The notes beneath the pieces are model-generated. The model had not been told where the DNA came from and ran no database searches. It saw only the letters and a program-made list of their open reading frames with translations. The translations under genes were made by a program, and so were the position numbers. Positions 17,002-25,446 of a stretch of DNA of 25,846 bases are shown here, in pieces (within the stretch, counting starts at the first letter, position 1; every line of letters begins with the position of its first letter). The DNA lies in IMG/VR virus record IMGVR_UViG_3300031963_000837, positions 1 through 25,846 of that record, one strand, 5' to 3'. The stretch comes from a virus (taxonomy: Duplodnaviria > Caudoviricetes).

Positions 17002-19598
17002 GCGTCTTCACCTGCTTCACCGCCAAAATCGAAAAGGGCATCGTCGATCGCGAGCTCGGCCAGGGCTTGCTCGACAGCATCGCCGAGACGGAGCTCGAGC
17101 TCGGCAAGCGCCTTGCGCGTCATGAGGCCGCGCTAGAAGCCGCCACGGAAAAGGCGACCGAAGTTGCCGCGTTCGCCGCGCGGGAAACCGAGCGCGCCAT
17201 GCTGCAGATTGAGGCGCAGCTCAATGTGCTGAAAACCGTGCAGCGTGCCGAGGAGGCCCTCAACCAGCGCCGCGACCAGAACAAGGCGCCGTTCTGGCTT
17301 CGGGATCCGCGCAAGAGCGCGCTCTATTCGGCCATGCGCGCGCTGCTCACGCGCGACGGTGCGGAGCTCGTGCCCGGGACGCCCTCGGTCTATTACATGG
17401 CCCGCAACATCCGCGGCCAGGCGCATGCGCTCTTCACCGATGGCATCGAGGCTCTCCGTCCCACCATGGCCGGGTTCAAGCAGCAGAGCGCGCTCGAGCT
17501 CGAAGTGCTGCAGGCGATCAAGGACAAGGGCGCGGCCGTCTCGGATCGAGCCTCGGCCATTGCCAAGAGCTGGCATGATACAGCGGAAATGCTGCGCACG
17601 GCGTTCGTGAATGCCGGCGGCGAGCTGCCCTATCGGCAGGATTGGGGCTTGCCCAACCCGGTGCATGACACGCTGAAGATCCGCTCGGTTCAGCGCGAGG
17701 AATGGATCTCCTTCGTCAAGCCTCTACTCGCGCGCGACGCCATGCTCTCGTTCGACACGGGCAAGCCCATCGGCCCGTCAAAGCTTAACCGCCTCCTCGA
17801 GGAGATGTATGAGAACGTAGCGACGGGCGGCCGCGCCGATGGGCCGAGTTCCGCCTTCACCGGCGCCGGTGCGCTTGCCAAGCGCCGCAATGAGCACCGC
17901 TTCCTCGTCTTCAAGGATGCCGAGAGCTGGGCCGCCTATGACGAGAAATTCGGCGCCGGCCGCGGCGTCTATGAGACGATGATGAACCACATCGAGAACA
18001 TGGCCGAGGACATCGCCATGCTCCGCGTGCTCGGCCCCAATCCCGAGGCCACCAAACGCTTCATGCTCTCGATGTTCGACCGGCAAGCCGCGCGCATGAC
18101 GCGCCAGGCCGAAGCCGGCGCGCCCGATGCCGCCAAAGCGCAAGCCTACAAGGACAACGCGAAGATCGCCTCCGGCATCGCCAGGGGCAAGCGCGCCTTC
18201 GAGAACCTCTGGGCCGAGGTCACCGGCGCCAACAAGGTGCCGGTCAATATCGAACAGGCGCATTTCTGGAGCGAGGTGCGCTCCGGCCTGGTCGGCTCAC
18301 AGATGGGCTCGGCCATCCTGTCCTCGATCACCGATCCGGCGCTGATGACCATGATTGCCCGGTTCAACGACATTCCGGCGGCCAATGTGATCCGCCGCGC
18401 CGTGGCCGGCATGGCCGATGGCGGCTTCGAGTTGAATGCCGCGCAGCTCAGCCTCGTGGCAGACAGCGCCGCCATGCGGATCCGCGCCAATGACCAGTTC
18501 ATGGGCGAGACGATGCGCACCGGCACCATGGCCAAGATCGCCTCCGGCGTGATCCAGCTTTCCGGCTTGCGCCGCTGGACGGGCGTGCTGCGCTCGGCCT
18601 TCGGCATGGAGATGATGGCAACGGCCGCCGCGCGCCTCGAAACGCCCCATGCGAAACTGCCGCAGGGCTTCCGCGACATGCTGGGCCGCTATGGCATCGG
18701 CGCCGAGGAATGGGCCGTGATGCAGCAGGCCACGCCGAACGAGCCGCGCCCCGGCGGCAAGTTCCTGACCGCCGCCGATCTCCGGATGATGGACAGCTCC
18801 AAGGCCCGGGACATCGCCGATCGCTGGCAGCGCGCCATTGACGAAGAAATGGATTACGCCGTCATCGAGGGCGACCCCGAAACGCGCGCGCTCATGTATG
18901 GCCAGAGCCAGCCCGGCACGGCCGAAGGCGAGCTCCGCCGCGCCGTCGGGCAATACAAGGGCTTCCCCATCACCTTCGCGCTCCTGCATTTCGGCCGCGC
19001 CATGGCGCGCGGCAATGACAGCTCGCGGCTGACCCATGCGGCGCTGACCTTCGGCGCGCTCTGGGCCATGGGCATGGTGGCCATGCAGGCAAAGGAAATC
19101 GCCAAGGGGCGCGACCCCATCAGCATGGACCCCACGACGCCGATCGGCATCCGCGCCTGGGGCGCGGCGGCGCTGCAGGGCGGCGGTTTCGGCATCTTCG
19201 GCGACTTCCTGTTCATGGATCAGACGCGCCAGGGCGCGTCCCTCGCCTCAACGCTGGCCGGCCCCAGCTTCGCCGCGGTCGAGAAGGTCTTCGGCGACTT
19301 CCTGATGGCCAATGTGCAGCGCGCCTGGAAAGGTCAGGAGACCCATTTCGGCGGCGATGCGCTTTATGCCGCGGCCGGCCTTTTGCCAGGGGCGAACCTC
19401 TGGTATCTCAGAACTGCATTCCAGCGTGGTGTGGTCGATCAACTCGCCCTGATGATCGACGAAAGAACGCCGCAGCGTTTCGAGAGGATCGAGCGCGAGG
19501 CGCAGAAGAACTGGGGACAAAGCTTCTGGTGGGAGCCCGGCCGCGTGGAACCGCGCCGTTCGCCCAACATAGGCGCCGCGTTCGGAGGTGGCCCCTAA
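16998..19598 (+). CDS. Large internal virion (ejection) protein
   Basis: ATG 16998 overlaps the preceding stop; 866 aa helical protein with hydrophobic C-terminal GGGFGIFGDFL and PGANLWY motifs; precedes the tail fibre gene. Confidence 0.85.
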   Translation: MSVFTCFTAKIEKGIVDRELGQGLLDSIAETELELGKRLARHEAALEAATEKATEVAAFAARETERAMLQIEAQLNVLKTVQRAEEALNQRRDQNKAPFWLRDPRKSALYSAMRALLTRDGAELVPGTPSVYYMARNIRGQAHALFTDGIEALRPTMAGFKQQSALELEVLQAIKDKGAAVSDRASAIAKSWHDTAEMLRTAFVNAGGELPYRQDWGLPNPVHDTLKIRSVQREEWISFVKPLLARDAMLSFDTGKPIGPSKLNRLLEEMYENVATGGRADGPSSAFTGAGALAKRRNEHRFLVFKDAESWAAYDEKFGAGRGVYETMMNHIENMAEDIAMLRVLGPNPEATKRFMLSMFDRQAARMTRQAEAGAPDAAKAQAYKDNAKIASGIARGKRAFENLWAEVTGANKVPVNIEQAHFWSEVRSGLVGSQMGSAILSSITDPALMTMIARFNDIPAANVIRRAVAGMADGGFELNAAQLSLVADSAAMRIRANDQFMGETMRTGTMAKIASGVIQLSGLRRWTGVLRSAFGMEMMATAAARLETPHAKLPQGFRDMLGRYGIGAEEWAVMQQATPNEPRPGGKFLTAADLRMMDSSKARDIADRWQRAIDEEMDYAVIEGDPETRALMYGQSQPGTAEGELRRAVGQYKGFPITFALLHFGRAMARGNDSSRLTHAALTFGALWAMGMVAMQAKEIAKGRDPISMDPTTPIGIRAWGAAALQGGGFGIFGDFLFMDQTRQGASLASTLAGPSFAAVEKVFGDFLMANVQRAWKGQETHFGGDALYAAAGLLPGANLWYLRTAFQRGVVDQLALMIDERTPQRFERIEREAQKNWGQSFWWEPGRVEPRRSPNIGAAFGGGP

Positions 19599-19631
19599 GC
19601 CCGATCCGGACGCCCTCTCCCCGAGGGCGAC

Positions 19632-21140
19632 ATGACTGTCACTTCCGAGCTTTCCGCGGTTGAACGCAGCTGGACCGGTGTGGAAACCGTGTTCGACACC
19701 GGGTTCAAAGCCCGTGACGCCACGCATTGCAGCGTTTCGGTCGGCGCCACCGTGCTCGTGCGCGGCACGCAATACACCAGCGTTCTTGCGGCCGGCGGCG
19801 TTCTGCAGATCCTGCCGCTGGCCGGCATGCCGGCCGCGCCGGCCACGTTGCTCATCGAGCGCGTGACGCCAGCCACCCAGGAAACCGATCTCGTCAATGG
19901 CGACACCTGGGATATGGAGGCATTCGAGCGCGAGCTCGACAGCAATGCCATGCGCGATGCCGAAACCCGGCGCATTTCCAGCCTCGCGAGCAGCGCCGCC
20001 ACCACTGCGCTGGCGGCCGCGCAGCAGGCGCTCGAGGGCGTGGTGGCGGCCGTCGCCGGCGTCTCCTTCTTCAATGGGCGCACCGGCAATGTCATCCCGC
20101 AGGCCGGCGATTACACCGCCGCCCAGGTGACGAACGCGGCCGCGACCAATGCCACCAACACCTTCACGGCGGACCAGCAGATTGCCAAGGCCAACCCGAC
20201 GGCGACCCTCAACAAGGCCGCATCGGGGCAGGTGAACGCCCTGCGGGGCCTGACCAACAACGTGCTGCGCTGGGCGCTCCGGCTCGGCAACAGCACGGCC
20301 GAGGCGGGAGCCAATGCCGGAAGCGATTACGAGGAAGTCAGCGCCGACGATGCCGGCATCGAGACCGTGCGCCGGCGCGTCCGCCGCTCGGATGGCTACA
20401 ACACTTTCTTCGGCTCCGTGGAAATCGGTTCGCCCGGCGCGGGCCATTCGGTGCTGCTGCGGCGCTTCGGCACCACCATCGGCGCCCAGTTCGATTTCGA
20501 GATCCCCAGTTCAGGCTCGGCGCTGAATGGCCCGGTGCGCGTGCGCGTCTTCGGCAACACGCTCGAGATCGCGGAAGGCGGCGGGACGCTGCGCGGCGTC
20601 CGCCTCGACCTCACCGCCGCCGCCGCCAATGCCGCCTCCGATCTTGTGCATGCCGGCAACATCGACGCCATCCTTGGTGCCCGGCTTACGCCAGTTGCTA
20701 CAACAAGCGGTACGCAAGTAGATTTTACGAACTTGCCCGCTGGCATTAATGAAATTGTCGTGTCTTTCGATGGGGTTTCCCTGAATGGCACAGATCATTT
20801 GCTGGTGCAGATTGGAACAAGCAGCGGAATGGAGGTTGCCGGATACGTTTCGACATCGGTACTTGCGTTCGGAGGAAACGGTGTTCAAGCTATTAATAAC
20901 ACAACCGGATTTGTTCTTTTCGGTGGATCAACTGCAAACATTGTTTCTGGACACATGACTATTCGGCGCATGAGTGGAAACAAATGGACGCAAAGCCATA
21001 CTAATTTGAGTTCTCCTACTTCGGGCCACTTTGGTGCGGGAGTTAAAACTCTTGCAGGCGAAATTACCAGCGTTCGTATTTTGGCAACAGGCGCAAACAC
21101 ATTTGACGCTGGCTCAGTCAATATCAGCTATACTCGGTGA
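19632..21140 (+). CDS. Tail fibre protein
   Basis: T7 gp17-like N-terminal adaptor (ERVTP.TQ..DL.NG...E..LD), fibre motif VSFFNGRTGNV...GDY, beta-rich C-terminal tip. Confidence 0.87.
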   Translation: MTVTSELSAVERSWTGVETVFDTGFKARDATHCSVSVGATVLVRGTQYTSVLAAGGVLQILPLAGMPAAPATLLIERVTPATQETDLVNGDTWDMEAFERELDSNAMRDAETRRISSLASSAATTALAAAQQALEGVVAAVAGVSFFNGRTGNVIPQAGDYTAAQVTNAAATNATNTFTADQQIAKANPTATLNKAASGQVNALRGLTNNVLRWALRLGNSTAEAGANAGSDYEEVSADDAGIETVRRRVRRSDGYNTFFGSVEIGSPGAGHSVLLRRFGTTIGAQFDFEIPSSGSALNGPVRVRVFGNTLEIAEGGGTLRGVRLDLTAAAANAASDLVHAGNIDAILGARLTPVATTSGTQVDFTNLPAGINEIVVSFDGVSLNGTDHLLVQIGTSSGMEVAGYVSTSVLAFGGNGVQAINNTTGFVLFGGSTANIVSGHMTIRRMSGNKWTQSHTNLSSPTSGHFGAGVKTLAGEITSVRILATGANTFDAGSVNISYTR

Positions 21141-21149
21141 GGTAAGGCG

Positions 21150-21887
21150 ATGCGAGCAACCCTCGAAGCCTTCATGCCCACGCTTTACAAGCACGAGGGC
21201 GGCTATTCCGACCACAAGCGCGATCCGGGTGGCGCGACCAATTTCGGCATTACGCTGGCCACGTTGCGCGAGTGGCGCGGGCGCCCCGTGACAAAAGACG
21301 ATGTGCGCACCATGCAGCGCAGCGAGGCCGATGCGATCTATCACGCCCATTACTGGAACCGCATCGACGGAGACAGCCTCCTGGCCGGGCCGGATGCGGC
21401 CCTGTTCGATGTGGCGGTCAATTCCGGTGTCGGGCGCGCGCGCCAATGGAAATCGCTGCTGGCGGGGAAGAACGCGGTCGATGGCGTGAAGGCGGTATGC
21501 GCCCGCCGCCGCTCCTTCTTCCGGTCGCTCTCCACCTTCGATGTTTTCGGCAAGGGATGGATGCGCCGGGTCAATTCAGTCGAGGCATGGTCGCTCGCAT
21601 GGGCCGTGCGCTGGCAGGGCGGGGCCGTGAAGCCCGTTCTCGAACAAGAGGCATCGCGGGCCAAGAAGCAATCGAACGCCAACGCCGGCGGCGCTGCGGC
21701 CACGGGCGGCGGTGTTGTGGCGGCTCCGCAGGCCGATGCGGTGGCGGGCGCCAACTGGCTCGCGATTGCCGCCGTGGGAGTTCCCATCGCGATCCTGCTC
21801 GGCTTCCTGATCTATCAGGCCGTCATGCAGGCCGACCGCGCAAGGGCCATGAACGCAAAGGCCATGAAGGAGATTGCTGATGGCTGA
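21150..21887 (+). CDS. Endolysin, glycoside hydrolase family 108, with C-terminal transmembrane segment
   Basis: HEGGYSDHKRDPGGATNFGIT catalytic motif; FGKGWMRRV peptidoglycan-binding-like motif; GAGG RBS. Confidence 0.92.
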   Translation: MRATLEAFMPTLYKHEGGYSDHKRDPGGATNFGITLATLREWRGRPVTKDDVRTMQRSEADAIYHAHYWNRIDGDSLLAGPDAALFDVAVNSGVGRARQWKSLLAGKNAVDGVKAVCARRRSFFRSLSTFDVFGKGWMRRVNSVEAWSLAWAVRWQGGAVKPVLEQEASRAKKQSNANAGGAAATGGGVVAAPQADAVAGANWLAIAAVGVPIAILLGFLIYQAVMQADRARAMNAKAMKEIADG

Positions 21888-22428
21888 CATTCTCACGACC
21901 ATCGCCAGAACGCTGGCAAAGCAGGGCGCGCCCGTTCTTGGCGGGCTGATCGGAACCGCCATCGGCGGGCCGGTTGGCGCTACCGTGGGCGGGCTTGCGG
22001 GCAAGGCCCTTGAGGCCGTTGCCGACGCGCTGGGCACTTCGAGCGATCCCGCGGCCGTGGCGGAGGCGCTGAAGAGGCCGGGCGCGACGGTGGCAGTGGC
22101 GCGCGTGGAGGCGCAAACCGGTGAAATGATCCGGCTTTGGGAAATAGAGGCCCAACGCGCGAGTGATGCGCAGGCGGCTGAAATCGCGCAAGGCTTCACC
22201 GCCTGGCAGTTCTGGCGGAATTTCATTCAGGCCGTGGTGTGGGGCGGGTGGTTGATCCTGCTCATCGCCGCGATCTTCGGCGGCAATCTCGGCATCAAGG
22301 GCAACATGCCGATCGCTGAGATGGTGACGGCCTGGGGCTTGGTTTCGTCGCTCTGGATGGCCGTTTTCCATGGCGGGCATACGGCGAAGGAAGTGTTTTC
22401 CGCCTCGAAATGGGGGAAGACGCAATGA
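21880..22428 (+). CDS. Holin-like membrane protein
   Basis: AAGGAG RBS before ATG 21880; N-terminal Gly-zipper (GGLIGTAIGGPVG) and two C-terminal hydrophobic helices; adjacent to the endolysin. Confidence 0.65.
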   Translation: MADILTTIARTLAKQGAPVLGGLIGTAIGGPVGATVGGLAGKALEAVADALGTSSDPAAVAEALKRPGATVAVARVEAQTGEMIRLWEIEAQRASDAQAAEIAQGFTAWQFWRNFIQAVVWGGWLILLIAAIFGGNLGIKGNMPIAEMVTAWGLVSSLWMAVFHGGHTAKEVFSASKWGKTQ

Positions 22429-22592
22429 TCGCATCCCTCTTTCGAGCGGCGGCTTTGCTGGTGCTGCTGTCCGGTTGCGAAAGTCTGCCCGGCCCGAAAG
22501 CCCTGATGGTGAATGAACCGGGGTTCGACGTTTCCAAGATCGCTGAGACAAACAAAGCCGGCATTGCCGCCGGATGCTGGAAAAGGAGATAG
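22425..22592 (+). CDS. Small lipoprotein, o-spanin-like
   Basis: Signal peptide with lipobox LSG-C; 55 aa; C-terminal GCW; located in the lysis cluster. Confidence 0.6.
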   Translation: MIASLFRAAALLVLLSGCESLPGPKALMVNEPGFDVSKIAETNKAGIAAGCWKRR

Positions 22593-22595
22593 AAA

Positions 22596-22871
22596 ATGCC
22601 TGCACCCGACCGCTTCGGCCTTCAGCGCCTGGAGCTGCACAGCCCTCTCGCCATCGGCTTTCCCATCACGCCGAATGACAGCAACGATCTTTCCCAGATG
22701 ACGCGGGAAATGTTCTTCGCCGGCGCGGGCAATGTGCGCGTGACCTGGGCCGGCCAGCCCGATGGCACGTTCTCCACCCATGCCGTGCTCGCCGGCGAGC
22801 GTGTCGCCTGGCGCGTGAGCCGCGTCTGGGCCACCGGCACCACGGCCACCGGCATCGAGGGCTTTGCATGA
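22596..22871 (+). CDS. Head-spike base protein (RcGTA Rcc01079-like)
   Basis: AAGGAG RBS; SP...FPITPNDSNDL...GAGNVRV...RVWATGTTATGI pattern recognised from this family. Confidence 0.82.
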   Translation: MPAPDRFGLQRLELHSPLAIGFPITPNDSNDLSQMTREMFFAGAGNVRVTWAGQPDGTFSTHAVLAGERVAWRVSRVWATGTTATGIEGFA

Positions 22872-24523
22872 TGATCGGCCCCACCGTCACGATCGGCCGG
22901 CGCCGCCGTCGCAGCGGCGGCGGTGGCTCGCTGCCCGTCGTTCCTCTCGGTGGGCTGATCACATTCTACGGCGACGGCACCGGCTCGGAAGGCGCGGCCC
23001 CGGGCGTGCGCAACTGGCCAGCCTGGGCGCTGCAGGCCATGGGCGGCAGCATCATGCCATCCGAAGGATGGATGCAGTGCAAGAGCGGCGAGACGCTCGA
23101 CGGCGTTTTTGCCCGCCGGCACGCGGCGCTGAAACAGGCTCCGAATATTTTCGTTTACGCTTCCGATGGCCACAATGACGGCCTGAAAAGCTCGGGATGG
23201 TCCGCTCAATTCACCAAGTGGGAACGCAACCTCGATGCGGTTGTGGCGGGGCTGCCGAGCACGACGCGCATCGTCGTCATGCCCACGCTCTGGACATCCG
23301 TGTCAGGCGAGACCACGGGCGGCAACTGGCGGCAGATCGTGCAGGATGCGCAGGTGGCCAAGGTGACGGCGCTGCAAGCCATTCATGGCGCGCGCATCAT
23401 CCTGTTCAACTGGTGGACGGCAATCAATAGCTTCGGCCCCTATGACTTCACGACCGGCGCGAACGCATCGGATAACAATGTGCATGCCAACGCGTTCGGC
23501 GGCTGGACGCTCGGCAACATGCTGGCCGAAATCCTGAAGCCGCATATCACCACCGCGACCAAGGATGCGATCCTCGCGGATACGGCAGCCAAGACGTGGC
23601 GCGGCGCGAACATCTATGCGGAGCGGGCCTATACCGGAACGACCGGCGCATTGGCAGGCGGCGTCGCCCCGACAGGGCAGGTGGCCACGACGCACACCCT
23701 GACCAACAACCTCACGAACGGCACGGGCGTGACGGTCACCGCCGCCAAGGTGGCACAATCGGGATACGATCAACAGAGGATTACCGTTTCCGGAACGCCC
23801 GCCGCCGCGCAGACCATTCGCTTTGCCCGTTCGAGCAACATGACGATCACCGGTGGAGCGCCCGGCACCTATTTCGCCTTCATGTGTGGGCTGCGCATCG
23901 AGAACGGTTCGGGCGGACCTGCGGCAGGCCTCGATAATTTCGGGCTATCTCTTGGCTCGCCTAACGCGCTCTTCTCGAACGCGAACCTTGGCGCTTTCGG
24001 TTTCTCCAATCCTCTTCCTGCGGTCATCGACGGCGTATTCCTGTGCCCGCCCGATGCCTGGTTCGCGAATGACACAGCGGTTGCGCCGCCGACGCTGGAT
24101 TTCAACTTCGATGCTGTCGCTCTCTCTGCCCAGATCACGATCGAGCGCCCGCAGGTTTTCCAGCTTTACACCAATGCCCGCACGGCGCCCTGGTATATCG
24201 GCGACGATACGATCGTCGGCGCCAACTTTCAGGCGCGCTTGACGGGCACCGGCGTCACGGGCGCCGGCCTGCCATCTGCCGGCACCATCACCGCCGCCAC
24301 GGTCACCACGGTGCGCGTGGAGCCCGGCAACTGGTCTGGCGGCGGACTGACCTTCTCGCGCGTGATGCGCCGCAATGGTGCGGTTGTATCCGGCGCATTC
24401 TCGACCGGCTGGACCTATGCAATGGGCGGGCAGGTAGTGGCCGGTGATGTCATCGCGATTGATGTGACCGCGACGAACAGCTTCGGCTCGGAAACGCGCA
24501 CGCTCACCTTCAACGTGGTTTGA
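22868..24523 (+). CDS. Head fibre/spike protein with SGNH-like domain and C-terminal Ig-like domain
   Basis: Coupled to the spike base gene; short N-terminal anchor plus Gly linker; FYGDG, GHND, VHAN blocks; C-terminal GNWSG...VTATNSFGS. Confidence 0.7.
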   Translation: MMIGPTVTIGRRRRRSGGGGSLPVVPLGGLITFYGDGTGSEGAAPGVRNWPAWALQAMGGSIMPSEGWMQCKSGETLDGVFARRHAALKQAPNIFVYASDGHNDGLKSSGWSAQFTKWERNLDAVVAGLPSTTRIVVMPTLWTSVSGETTGGNWRQIVQDAQVAKVTALQAIHGARIILFNWWTAINSFGPYDFTTGANASDNNVHANAFGGWTLGNMLAEILKPHITTATKDAILADTAAKTWRGANIYAERAYTGTTGALAGGVAPTGQVATTHTLTNNLTNGTGVTVTAAKVAQSGYDQQRITVSGTPAAAQTIRFARSSNMTITGGAPGTYFAFMCGLRIENGSGGPAAGLDNFGLSLGSPNALFSNANLGAFGFSNPLPAVIDGVFLCPPDAWFANDTAVAPPTLDFNFDAVALSAQITIERPQVFQLYTNARTAPWYIGDDTIVGANFQARLTGTGVTGAGLPSAGTITAATVTTVRVEPGNWSGGGLTFSRVMRRNGAVVSGAFSTGWTYAMGGQVVAGDVIAIDVTATNSFGSETRTLTFNVV

Positions 24524-24535
24524 TCGAGGACGGAA

Positions 24536-24862
24536 ATGAACTGGTCACCTCCACCGACAATCGACCCGCAGATCACCACGATCGCGACCGGCCTGATCGG
24601 CGCGATTTCCGGCTATCTCGCCCACCGCATGGGAGTGAAGCTAAAGCGGGTCGAAAAAGAGCCCGAGATCATGAAGCACCTGGACAGTGCCGTTGCCAAC
24701 ATCATCTCGCATTACACCAAGGCGCTTGAACAGGAGAAGGTCCGCCACGCCGAACACGTCGCGGAACAGGACGCGAAGATTTATCGCGCGCTGGCCCGCA
24801 TCGATCAACTTGAGGACGCGATGCGTTCTGCCGGCATGACCGTCCCCCCGCACGAACCGTAA
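24536..24862 (+). CDS. Membrane-anchored coiled-coil protein
   Basis: GAGG RBS; N-terminal hydrophobic helix followed by a heptad-like charged helix; 108 aa. Confidence 0.72.
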   Translation: MNWSPPPTIDPQITTIATGLIGAISGYLAHRMGVKLKRVEKEPEIMKHLDSAVANIISHYTKALEQEKVRHAEHVAEQDAKIYRALARIDQLEDAMRSAGMTVPPHEP

Positions 24863-24872
24863 AGCCAATTCC

Positions 24873-24962
24873 ATGCGCATTGTTCTTGCCGTGCTGGCGC
24901 TCGCCAGCGCCATCGCCGCGCTTGCCATCTTCGCCGCCGGCATGAGACAGCTGCACAGATAG
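24873..24962 (+). CDS. Possible 29-aa hydrophobic peptide
   Basis: MRIVLAVLALASAIAALAIFAAGMRQLHR; single transmembrane-like helix; no clear RBS. Confidence 0.3.
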   Translation: MRIVLAVLALASAIAALAIFAAGMRQLHR

Positions 24963-25030
24963 CGGCCGGAATGGCGCTGGAAACTGGCGCTAGTCATATT
25001 CTAAGCCGTTGAAATATAAAGCAATAGAGC

Positions 25031-25078
25031 AGTCTGGGGGACTAGGGGTCGTGGGTTCGAATCCCGCCACTCCGACCA
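25031..25078 (+). other. att core: 3' portion of tRNA-Pro(GGG)
   Basis: AGT-CTGGGGG-ACT anticodon loop (GGG), T-arm GTGGG-TTCGAAT-CCCGC, acceptor 3' strand ending in CCA; the 5' acceptor strand and D-arm are absent. Confidence 0.9.
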
Positions 25079-25194
25079 TTTAAGCTTTTGAAATGTTTAG
25101 GCTTTCAGCCGCTTCGCCTTGCAGAACAGGGGCGGAACATTTCCATTTCTTCCAGTTCCGGACGGATGGAAACGTTCACGCGGCGTTCCGCAAA

Positions 25195-25446
25195 TCAGCT
25201 GCGGCTTAACAGCTCCAAGCTCTCCAGCCACACTTCGCTCTCGCGGAAAACCGTGTCTTCAAACCAACCAACCCGCACCTTGAACGGAAACTTTATCGTT
25301 CGATAGGCGTATTCGCCGCCGCGCCTCTCGCGGATAATCCGCGACACTTCGCGAACCTCTCTCACCGTGGCCACAACGCCGTGCGGCAGGCGAACCACGT
25401 CGCCGACCATCAAAACGTGCACGCCTTCGCTTTCGATTATCATCAC
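25195..25446 (-). CDS. Small beta-barrel-like protein (YodC/DUF2158-like)
   Basis: VGDVVRL..G...TV...VRVGWF pattern; GGGAG RBS; GTG start overlaps the integrase TGA. Confidence 0.6.
   Translation of the reverse strand: MMIIESEGVHVLMVGDVVRLPHGVVATVREVREVSRIIRERRGGEYAYRTIKFPFKVRVGWFEDTVFRESEVWLESLELLSRS

Noticed and set aside
16770-17123. Upstream extension of the 198-aa minus-strand ORF 16527..17123
   Set aside because: This part reads as a Ser/Ala-rich shadow of genuine + strand coding; the RBS and the composition switch point to ATG 16769 as the start.
19632-24523. Diversity-generating retroelement as in BPP-1
   Set aside because: No reverse transcriptase and no TR/VR repeat pair seen in this window.
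25031-25078. Functional tRNA-Pro gene
   Set aside because: The 5' acceptor strand and D-arm are missing upstream, so it is an att core only.
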